DNA of 9,893 nucleotides from Azolla caroliniana (Eukaryota > Plantae > Polypodiophyta): assembly GCA_043228905.1 (NCBI GenBank), contig JBHGNT010001313.1:1-9893 (forward strand), written 5' to 3'. Position 1 is the stretch's first letter. Each line of letters begins with the position of its first letter. Positions 1-8,637 of this stretch are shown one piece after another. The notes below the pieces were generated by a model. It was given only the letters and a program-made list of their open reading frames with translations. It did not search any database and had not been told where the DNA came from. The translations under genes were made by a program, and so were the position numbers.

Positions 1-442
1 ACGCTTGTAACATTATGCACAGTGATTTTGATGGTAGGTGAAATAATTTCACGAGTAATCAATGATTCTGGGTTTCTTGATGCAATCACTGTTGCTATGA
101 TGGCTAACATGTCAAATGGAAACGGATGGGGAAGGAACACATTCTATAAACATGTTCGTGGTTTACATTCTATCATTATACTACTTGCAATTCCAAGTAA
201 GCTCAATTAGTCATCTACTGTGAGCGAGCCTCAGCACATTCCTCGTTGCATGACATGCCAATTCACAAGGAAATATGAAAACATTGAGTCGAGAGCAATA
301 GGAAAGCATACAAAGAGTGCAAATGTTGGTCAACATTGCGCGTTTGTCTTTGTGTGATTCAAATAGCACCCAACAAATAGTTAACGTGCACCTTCCAAAA
401 CAAACTCCACAAAACATAGTTTTGGCTCACAAATTGCAAGCA

Positions 443-571
443 ATACATACATACATGCATGCGTAAATACATACATACATACATAGAGGTACGTATACAT
501 ACATACATACATACATACATACATACATACATACATACATACATACATAATATATATATATATATATATAT
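443..571. repeat. Compound microsatellite: interrupted (ATAC)n followed by (AT)11
   Basis: ATAC units run from 443 to about 549 with a few variant units, then perfect AT repeats 550-571. This explains the spurious MYVC/HTYI ORFs. Confidence 0.97.
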
Positions 572-619
572 TACGTGGGAATGGCCTCTTATTATCGCTG
601 GAGAAAGCGTTAAGAAGGT

Positions 620-645
620 TGGTTACTGGCTGCAGCCGGTAACCA
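620..645. promoter_or_regulatory. 26-bp near-perfect palindrome in the RPL35 proximal promoter
   Basis: TGGTTACTGGCTGCAGCCGGTAACCA is self-complementary apart from one T/G pair and lies 8 bp upstream of the telo-box. The palindrome is observed; its function is inferred. Confidence 0.5.
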
Positions 646-653
646 GTCGTCTG

Positions 654-662
654 AAACCCTAA
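654..662 (+). promoter_or_regulatory. Telo-box (AAACCCTAA)
   Basis: Exact telo-box about 110 bp upstream of the RPL35 ATG. This motif is characteristic of plant ribosomal protein and translation-machinery promoters. Confidence 0.8.
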
Positions 663-697
663 TTCCCTTAAAGTCTCAAAGTCTTCGCAGAGAACCA

Positions 698-740
698 TCT
701 CCCTTCCTTCCTTCCTTCCTTCCTTCCTCCTTCTCTCTTC
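698..740 (+). promoter_or_regulatory. Pyrimidine tract (Y-patch / 5'TOP-like) including (CCTT)6
   Basis: 43 consecutive pyrimidines, with (CCTT)6 at 702-725, between the telo-box and the ATG. This is typical of the TSS/5'UTR region of ribosomal protein genes. The TSS itself cannot be placed. Confidence 0.55.
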
Positions 741-772
741 ATCGATCGCTTCGTTTCTCCATCGCCATCTCC

Positions 773-776
773 ATGG
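773..776 (+). CDS. RPL35: RPL35 coding exon 1 (ATG G)
   Basis: CCATGG start context followed by donor GTAAGT at 777. Phase 1 joins exon 2 to give GCC (Ala). Confidence 0.9.
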
Positions 777-2410
777 GTAAGTAAGCTTTTTTCAGTTTCT
801 CTTCACTTCAGCATCTCTGTTCCTCTGTTCCTCTTGTCCCTCGTTTTTTGTAACTCTTATGGACTGATTTAGCATCTCCATCTCTCTCTCTCTCTCAGTG
901 AATCTTGAAGATCACAGCCTGTCCGATTGTTCTCTTGAATAATGCAACATAGAGAATTGATTGTTTTTCTTCTTCGCCTGATGAAAATTGTCAGGGTTTT
1001 CATTTTTGTACCGGCGTTTTGGTGATGCTATCCATTTCTTTGCTCATCTGGCCCTCTTCCCTCCCTCATAGTTTCTCTTCATCATGCATTTTGTTTATAT
1101 CTGCTTTCAACGTAGTGATTGTTTGTGTTTTCTGTTTCATCCGATGGAGGAAATCTCGTCTTCGCAAGACGGGATTTTGATAGTTTCTGTGGAAAATGAC
1201 ACTTTTCCTTTCTTCTTTCTTTCGCACAGCCAAGGTCAAGGTTCACGAGCTTCGGTCCAAGAGCAAGGTCGAGCTTCAAGGTCAATTGAAGGAGCTCAAG
1301 GCGGAGTTGGCACTTCTAAGAGTGGCTAAGGTTACCGGTGGTGCTCCTAACAAGCTTTCGAAGATGTAAGTAACGACCAAATGCCCTTCATTCTTCTCCT
1401 CGTATATGTACCTCGTGTTTAGAGAGACTTAAGAACCAGGGAAAACCTTAAAATGAGTTTCAGTTTTGGAAGCATTTATCACCTTCGCTGTTTCACGGAT
1501 TGCCTCGAGTCTAGGCCGGAAAAGACTTCTAATAATGGTTTTAACAATGTTTCAATGAGAAGTCTATGAATACATGTTAGTGTGGCAGGGAAAAGCTATT
1601 TAATTGGCCTTTTGAAGGTGGCTGTAGAGTCATTTGCTTGATGAACTGTGTTTTCCAATAACAAAGCTGAAACTTGGCTGTAGAGTCATTTACTTGATGA
1701 ACTGTGTTTTCCAATAACAAAGCTGAAACTTCACCTAGTAGTGCTCAAGCAATGCTTCCTCATGTTTATAAATCATTGCCATCAATCGTTTGCTTGATGG
1801 AAACGTATGCTGGTGGATATCAATTTCTCATCTGTGAAGTTAAAACATGTAGCATCTCCAAAGTAGTGTTTGTAGACTATTCCTTCGTAATGTGCTGCTT
1901 GATGAGCAGTGTTTGCTCATGACTTCCATATCTCATTAATGAATCTAAGTGTAATTCAGTTTTTATAAGCTGTGTTTGCTGATAGATCTGTATATCATGA
2001 AAATGTAGGTAAAGTGAACTTTTAGATGATTTCATTTTATAGTGCTCGTGCTTACACTACTTTCTTGCAGCAAGGTTGTGAGGCTCTCCATAGCTCAGGT
2101 TCTGACAGTGCTTTCTCAAAACCAGAAGGCAGCCCTCAGGGAAGCCTACAAGAAAGCTAAATTGCTCCCTCTAGATCTGCGTCCAAAGAAGACAAGAGCT
2201 ATTAGAAGACGCTTAACCAAGCACCAGGTGAATACACTATCCCTCTTTGTCTGTCTTTCCTCTTTGTCTGTCTTTCAGTAATCTCTTCCTCCTCCACTTT
2301 TTTACAATCAATTATGTATCTGTTTTATTCTTCAGGCAAGCATGAAGACTGAGAAGCAAAAGAAGAAGGATACCTATTTCCCCAAGAGGAAGTATGCACT
2401 GAAAGACTGA
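773..2410 (+). CDS. RPL35: 60S ribosomal protein L35 (uL29); join(773..776,1230..1365,2071..2227,2336..2410), 123 aa
   Basis: Spliced translation: [123 protein letters not shown]. It carries the hallmark motifs LRVAKVTGG and [17 protein letters not shown]. There are three GT-AG introns (777-1229, 1366-2070, 2228-2335), and exon lengths 4+136+157+75 = 372 nt keep the frame. Confidence 0.97.
1230..1365 (+). CDS. RPL35: RPL35 exon 2
   Basis: Polypyrimidine tract and CAG acceptor ending at 1229; encodes AKVKVHELR...[10 protein letters not shown]; donor GTAAGT at 1366. Confidence 0.97.
1619..1731. repeat. 56-bp tandem duplication in RPL35 intron 2
   Basis: TGGCTGTAGAGTCATTT(G/A)CTTGATGAACTGTGTTTTCCAATAACAAAGCTGAAACT occurs at 1619-1674 and 1675-1730 with one mismatch. 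Confidence 0.96.
2071..2227 (+). CDS. RPL35: RPL35 exon 3
   Basis: TTGCAG acceptor ending at 2070; encodes [13 protein letters not shown]...RRRLTKHQ; donor GTGAAT at 2228. Confidence 0.97.
2242..2276. repeat. 17-bp tandem duplication in RPL35 intron 3
   Basis: CCTCTTTGTCTGTCTTT occurs twice, at 2242-2258 and 2259-2275. Confidence 0.9.
2336..2410 (+). CDS. RPL35: RPL35 exon 4 (coding part)
   Basis: TTCAG acceptor ending at 2335; encodes [24 protein letters not shown]; TGA at 2408-2410. Confidence 0.95.
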   Translation, partial: ASMKTEKQKKKDTYFPKRKYALKD

Positions 2411-3253
2411 GTGAACCAGAAGAGATTTTTTTTTTAGCATTGAAGAATTGACTAAAAATGTTCTGGACATCGATAATTGAGTATTTATTGCAAATTTTTG
2501 TAGTGTAAGTGAAGATAATCCAGCGTTTGAAAGTTCATTTTGTTGTGTTATTATAGAATGTGGTTCTGTCACAACTATTTTATGTTAATTGACTCTTGAA
2601 TGTTTAGTGAGCTGTTGTGTCCATGAATCCTTGATCAATTGGATTGTTCCAGCAAGGTTTTTGGCAATCTACTTTGTGAATTATACATCTTCATGTGATG
2701 AACAATGAAGCTCATAGTGAGGCGTTTTCTCAGTGGAGCTTTGAATCGATTGCTTGAAAGGTGGATTTATATCTGCAGCCTTAAAGCATGACTTAGTATC
2801 AATAGAAAGTGTACCGAACAATTATTATACCTTGGAGATAGCAGAAAGCGGTGCCTGTGTGAAGAATACCTGTAGAGCACAATTCAGAAGAGTGATAATG
2901 GTGTCATTCTATTAGCTTGCTGAATGGCGTTCATTGGAGATTGTCAAACCCAAGATATTCTGGTAGATACTAGAGACAGGGTAGGCATGTGCAATAGGGT
3001 TTTCTGTACAACTGTTTTCAATTTGTGCAAAGCTCTCATTCAAGTTTACGTCATTTTTCTGCTTCTTATGAAGTGATAAGCCGTTTAGTCATGTATAGAA
3101 GTGATGTTTATGTGTTTCGTGTATCTATATATCTAATCTATATATATAGATTGAGAAAGTATCCAACATAATAGAGGAAACAAGACTTTCTCCAACAATG
3201 TGGTATGGGTTTGTATATCTGCTGTATTATGATGATTCATACAAAATGTTTGA

Positions 3254-3440
3254 AATGTTCTTCTGGTATTTTTAGAAACTAATCCCAAGGGTAGCACATA
3301 CTAAGGTTATACATGAAATTGAGTGGTAGTCTAGTTGCAAATGACTTAATGTTCTTCTGGTATTTTTAGAAACTAATCCAAGGTTGGCACATACTAAGGT
3401 TATACATGAAATTTAGTGGTAGTCTAGTTGCAAATGACTT
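3254..3440. repeat. 94/93-bp tandem duplication
   Basis: AATGTTCTTCTGGTATTTTTAG...CTAGTTGCAAATGACTT occurs at 3254-3347 and 3348-3440, differing by about 3 substitutions and 1 indel. Confidence 0.96.
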
Positions 3441-5047
3441 GGGATGATGTCTAGATTTGATAAAACATTTCTTCAATTGTTTCATCTTGGAACACTAGTT
3501 GCAACATTCCAAATACAAGAAGGAAGCTTGCTAGGATTAAAGATGTAATCTATTATCTTCTTAGGAGAGAAGAAAGCAAAAAATCTGCTTTAGTCTAATG
3601 AGATGACCTAAAAAGATTATTTTTATGAGATCAAAGATCTCAAGATTCTGATAATTAATCCAAAGAAACTCTTGTTTTTTGGTGGAAACATCCAATAAAA
3701 TTAAGTGGTGTCCCTCGATATGGGTAGTGGGACGTGTTGATTTGACAATAGGCAAGAAATGCTTGGACTTCATGCCTTAAATCAAACATAAAAGCGTTGT
3801 GCATACTCTAACTATGATGCAATACCCAATATCTCAAAAAGAGGAAAATGAACTCCATCACTACTGTTCGGGTTGGGTTATGTGAATGCTTACTGGTCAA
3901 ATTTGAAAAAGATCACCCCAAATCCAACAAGCAATTGAACGTTATATGAAGTGATGAGGTACTATCTCCCACTTGAAGAATGCAAAAGAAACTTTGCCTA
4001 TTGCTAGTCCATGTTTGACTAATCCCAAAGGTAAAACCCCTTATCAACAAACAATCTCCAATTGAAGACCTTTGCTACAAGTGACAATTGAGAATGCAAA
4101 CTATGTTTGAGGATTTGCAACAATTCATAATCAAAGTTATGTACCTTTTATTCTTGTTCATATTTAGAAGATAGCCATCGGGGAGACTCAATTGAGCATT
4201 GGTACAAGAGATTAATAGTCACTTTTAATTATTGAGTCTAATCTTGTAAACACCAATCTATCCATGGTTGCTCTTCAATTTATATAGGTAAATGATGTTG
4301 CATCAAGGTTATCAATTGTAGTTGCTACTGAATACACCCATAATTTGGTAGGATGCATTGTTGTTGTGGCGTGTTAACAAAATCCAAAATTTCTCTAAGA
4401 TTGACCATCAACTACATCCCACTCCTTTGAACCCTAAAAAACCGCGATCCAATTGAGAGCACAATTTCTCATTTCTATGGTAACATAATTAATGAAAAGA
4501 CATAGGTAACAATGCCCTTGTTTAGATGATGGCCCAAAAATCAAGGAGAGTACCTAACAACCAAGTGTTGAGCACATGAAGAATGAATTTTTTTGAGTGG
4601 AGCACTTCAATTAAGTATTTGCCACCTTAATTATTGTCCTCATATGTGTTACACCTACTTTCTTAATGAAATATTGGAGAATTGATATCCACAGTTGTGA
4701 GTGTGAAACACATCTTGCAATAATGACAAAATCTACGAGTCTTATGTGTAGATAAGTTTGATATTGTCCCCCTTCCTCCCCACCTACGGATTCCCATTTT
4801 GTCCTTGTTTCTCCATAACAAATATTGAAGAGGTTGCAAAATAGAATACAAAGCCTTCTTGGTCCATGGTCACAATGACAATAGATATAATCCAATATGG
4901 GTTCCATAATACATTATACATCTTTAAAACACACACGAAATGGCCAAGATTGTGACTTACAATACATGTATCCATCCCTCAACTTGCCAGTCGTCCATTT
5001 AATTTATTTAGCATTCTTAATATTCACTCCCAATAGATACTCCAAAT

Positions 5048-5323
5048 CATAGTACGAAGCATACGCACCATTTGTGCATTCGCATTCGCGAACATTCTTA
5101 TCATTCGCGTAAGAAAAACACCCTCTAAGTATGGTAAATACCATACTTTTGCACTCATTATTTATCATAAGATAATTTTTTTATAGGGTAAGAAAGTTAA
5201 GGTAAAAAGTGTAAAAAAAAAAAAAAACACAAGAATGTTTTAATAACATACGCATTCGTTTGCATGCAGCATACGTATGAAAATGAATGTTTGGGCTAAT
5301 GAACACAAATATTACGTACTATG
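5048..5323. mobile_element. 276-bp non-autonomous hAT-type DNA transposon (MITE)
   Basis: Perfect 8-bp TSD CTCCAAAT at 5040-5047 and 5324-5331. TIR CATAGTACG.../...CGTACTATG is 9/9 and extends to 12/15. CAT(A/T)CG subterminal repeats cluster near both ends and there is no ORF. An 8-bp TSD with a short TIR is the hAT signature. Confidence 0.88.
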
Positions 5324-6113
5324 CTCCAAATATAAAAAAAGTAGAACCTTTTCCAACCATAGATTCCTACTATCCTAGACATTTTAAATCTCTCTCAATA
5401 CAAGAGATGAGGTGAGACTTCCTCCAATTACTATGTCATCCAAATGCTAAGACAAATTTGTTCCACATATGCCCCTCATGTCAAAATTCTCACACTATCG
5501 TGTAATATGGCATGTACGAAGGGAAAAATGTAGCTAAATCTCATGTTTTGCTGTAAATTAGAACTTTGATTGAAGTGACGATCAACTGAATGAAAAGTCA
5601 AGATTAAGTTTACAATGTTAAGGACAATGAGGGAAAATGACATGTGACAAATGCACAAGAAATGACGATGAACCAAGGGAGAAATATGAGCACATCATCA
5701 AAAAAATTGCTACCATAAGGTGTCCATGCATGGATAAGATCAAGCATGTGCTAAAAGAAAAAGTAGTCATGGGCACTAAAAGAGATGCCACTATTTTTAT
5801 CTGATGCGGAGCTAGAAAATTATGTCGTTTTCATTGTTTTCAGAATTCAAATGCATGGGTGTGAACATTAATTATTCAACTCACAAGATAACAAATTGTG
5901 AGGACAAATAGGAGTACAATGACGATCAAAGCAATTTGTTGTCAATTGTAGACTCACCATGCCAAAACTCAAGGATATCCTCCCCTTATTTTTATCTTAA
6001 TGTCTAACACTCAATGTAACATGTTTAACTATTTGTAAAAATTTGGTCTTATTTCCCTAAAATTTTAGAGAGTGGAATTACTACAAGAAAGAAAGTTATG
6101 CAAAAAAATACCC

Positions 6114-6249
6114 ATTTGTCCTTTGTTTGGACCTACGAACCTCATAATTGTCCCTAGGGATCTTCAATTGTCCCTAGGTTCTTTGTTCATACCTAGGTGT
6201 TCCGCCATTTTGTTCATAGGTCCATTGTTCATAGCTATGGCGTTCATTA
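6114..6249. repeat. Cluster of short direct repeats (AATTGTCCCTAGG x2, TTGTTCATA x3)
   Basis: AATTGTCCCTAGG at 6146-6158 and 6166-6178; TTGTTCATA at 6183, 6210 and 6225. It resembles a DNA-transposon subterminal array, but I found no termini. Confidence 0.55.
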
Positions 6250-6537
6250 GGGGGTAGCTGATGCTTATCTATGGCTCGACAAAGGTCAACAAAGAAGATG
6301 GAGTAACTTGCCAATTGCTCCCCATATGATACAACAAGTGTTGCCACCATCACATTAGTTCAACGTCGGGAACTGGCACGCAATGCCAAACCTAAAACTT
6401 GTGGTCATGACCCTAGGGCCTACTCTCGTGTGTGGGGGAGGGGAGCTTTATGTTCCCCAAATACCCCTCAATTTCCAATGAATTATGCCATCAAATTTAA
6501 GCCTAAAGTAACACCCCCCTTTCGTTGTTTATAAAAA

Positions 6538-6960
6538 TTACACAAACACATATAACTATATTAAAACTCATATTTAAAGCATACAATTACACATAAACAC
6601 ATGCACACATAATTTCTTTTACACGCAATTGCAGATATACACTCACATACATACAATTACATATAAAACATGTGCGCACATACACGTAAAACACAACAAC
6701 ACTGGCACATTCCCATGCATACATAGGATGTCACATAAAGTTACACATTAGCACACACATTTACAAGCACAACTATGAATGTACTCAAATGCATGTGGGT
6801 GCATTAAAACACAAACACACATATACATATTAATGTGAAAAACACATGCACTAACTCATTTATTCACATAATAATAGTTAGTTTACACATTCACACACTT
6901 ACACACGAGTGTGATTGTGTAATCTCATATACATTTTCATATTCCACTATGCATATTCCC
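6538..6960. repeat. A/C-rich low-complexity region (degenerate ACACAT/ACATA)
   Basis: Strongly G-poor on the + strand, with many ACAC/ACAT units and repeated CATACAATTAC. Boundaries are approximate. Confidence 0.7.
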
Positions 6961-7701
6961 CACTGATTTGGACCATATTACAACTTTAAGAAGACCAACG
7001 ACGTATCTCATCACAACTATCATCTCCCACAACTCTTCATCAATAATGGCAACAACCAAGTCATCTTGCTTGGTTCATGTCCGTTTTTTATGGCCTTGCT
7101 TAACATTCATATACAAACGTATTTCCACCATGTCTTTGTTGAACTTGACCAAAATAGAATAGATATTTTATCGTCCATGATGATGCCAAATTTAACCTAT
7201 GGAACCAAATCAACATCTCATCTTGTACATGACTCCTTCCTAACATGGGGGTTACTACTTTGTTGTAAAATTTCTCGATATGTAAATAATGCAAGCACAA
7301 ATGTGGTGACCCTTATTGGTGGAAATTTGAGTACAACACTCTCACATTATCGTGCCTGTCTAACAAGTCATCATATTTCTCACAAATTACCTTATACATT
7401 GAGCATATAGTAAGTAAGTGATATTCATCTCACTAGGTTTTCATTGCGTACATTGCATATCTTCATATTTGGGTGATGAGGCCACGATGCTACCTCAACG
7501 TCTAACTTGTGTGAGCGAAGGCTCGTGGGGGTAGTGAGATTTGATTGGATAAGTTTTGGCATTTTTTCTCCTTGTATCGGGGCCAATATTGGGGGGTTAA
7601 TATTTGCAATGAAAGAGTGGTCGGGGAGGATGGTGATGCACAACGAACATTTTGCAATGATGATAAAAAAAAAATGAAGCATATGATGCAAGAAAGAAAT
7701 A

Positions 7702-7880
7702 ATGGATGTGGTGCAACACATGATAGAGAAAATGGTCGAGATATTTGGTCGATTCCAAGATGAAAATATCTCAAAATTTTTAAAACATGCAATGTTGAAA
7801 TGCCTCAAGAAGGCATGAATGAGTTAAGAAAACATAATTTCTTTAATCCAATGGGGGCAATGTCATTGCACAAGAGTGTT
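7702..7880 (+). pseudogene. Decayed Ty3/Gypsy-like gag N-terminal fragment (frameshifted)
   Basis: Reads MDVVQHMIEKMVEIFGRFQDENISKFLK, then after a -1 shift near 7785 TCNVEMPQEGMNELRKHNFFNPMGAMSLHKSV. From recall, not a database search, this resembles the G-x-F-x-G-x-N-(I/V)-(S/T)-K-F-L-x-x-Y-x-x-E-M start of Gypsy gags in non-seed plants. Confidence 0.45.
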
Positions 7881-8382
7881 GCGAACGGTTTAGGGTTATC
7901 TCTTAAACCCTCAACTATACACTAATTAGTGTATCTTAATCATTCCTCCTTTTGTATGTGTGTTGGGAAAGGGGTTGACATTAACACATACATTGTTTGC
8001 CTTTACTTATATGTGTGTATATGTACTTTTTAAGCTTAATTCATCATTCAACCTATAGTAACTGGCCTTTAAAATAGGATTCTCATCAATGTGTTTGTTG
8101 TGAATCAAACTCAACTTCCCTTGTGTGGGAACACACTCTAGGATGCTCAAGTGTGTGAACATCCCAGCTCCTTGTATAGTAACTAGTGTGTCATAGAAGT
8201 TAACGCCTTATGACACATATTCTGTTGTAGTGAAAGACTCCACCTCTTTCCCAAGAGATGGTTCTAGTGAGAGAACTTAGAGAGAAGGTGACTACATAAG
8301 CACCTTCTCCTTCTCTTTGTAATTGTTGGTTCATTCTTGCTTCTTGTTAATACAATTTTCTTGTTTTCTATATACACAGTGT

Positions 8383-8450
<68 letters not shown>

Positions 8451-8487
8451 CTTCCGCTACATAGAATCACTCACTCACTTCTTTACA
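7877..8487 (+). repeat. Putative 5' LTR of the Copia element (5' boundary uncertain: TGTTG at 7877 or 7961)
   Basis: The 3' end CA abuts the PBS, and there is a TATA-like TTTAAAATAGG near 8068. I prefer 7877 because the Gypsy-like gag similarity ends there. No second copy is present in the window to confirm it. Confidence 0.6.
8383..8448. repeat. (TC)10(AC)23 microsatellite inside the Copia LTR
   Basis: TC repeats 8383-8402 and AC repeats 8403-8448, read directly. Confidence 0.97.
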
Positions 8488-8499
8488 TGGTATCATAGT
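8488..8499 (+). other. Primer-binding site, tRNA-iMet type (degenerate)
   Basis: TGGTATCATAGT matches the canonical TGGTATCAGAGC at 10/12 positions and directly follows the LTR-terminal CA. Confidence 0.85.
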
Positions 8500-8637
8500 G
8501 ATTGGTAGCTTGATCGAAACCCATCTACATGTGTTGTGCCAAAGCCCACGTTCATGAAGAACCGGCCGATCACTATAGCAACAACCTGCACAATTTGCAT
8601 CACAGAGAAGAAGAAGAAGTTCAACATGAATACTTAG

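Noticed and set aside
1-430. Short ORFs 22..210 and 211..417
   Set aside because: No recognisable motif in the frames I read and no clear exon structure; treated as intergenic.
359-698. ORFs with MYVC/HTYI repeats
   Set aside because: They are translations of the (ATAC)n microsatellite.
978-1100. TGATGA box C-like word in intron 1
   Set aside because: There is no CTGA box D downstream within the intron.
1082-1329. ORFs 1084..1329 (+) and 1082..1285 (-)
   Set aside because: These are off-frame or antisense readings of RPL35 intron 1 and exon 2.
2228-2281. Alternative acceptor TTTCAG at 2278 followed by an in-frame TAA
   Set aside because: It would define a 51-nt intron, shorter than typical plant introns, so use is unlikely.
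3122-3152. A|TCTATATA Helitron-like 5' end and an 18-bp palindrome AATCTATATATATAGATT
   Set aside because: I found no 3' hairpin plus CTRR terminus, and TA-repeat palindromes arise easily by chance.
1619-3440. Tandem repeats as a CRISPR-like array
   Set aside because: They are head-to-tail two-copy duplications without spacers, in a eukaryotic intron-containing locus.
4611-4975. Three overlapping minus-strand ORFs
   Set aside because: No recognisable domain; likely decayed repeat sequence.
6435-6470. Polypurine run GGGGGAGGGGAG followed by TGTTCCCC as a PPT/LTR start
   Set aside because: No matching LTR end, TSD or upstream pol sequence could be identified.
6990-7405. Minus-strand peptides faintly like hAT transposase (AQCIR*FVRN, RVTTF...ILQQ, IIDEELW)
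   Set aside because: It needs several frameshifts and the motif spacing looks too long; it cannot be supported without a translated search.
7572-7584. TTGTATCGGGGCC as a decayed Met PBS upstream of the Gypsy-like gag
   Set aside because: Three mismatches to the canonical PBS and no LTR-terminal CA before it.
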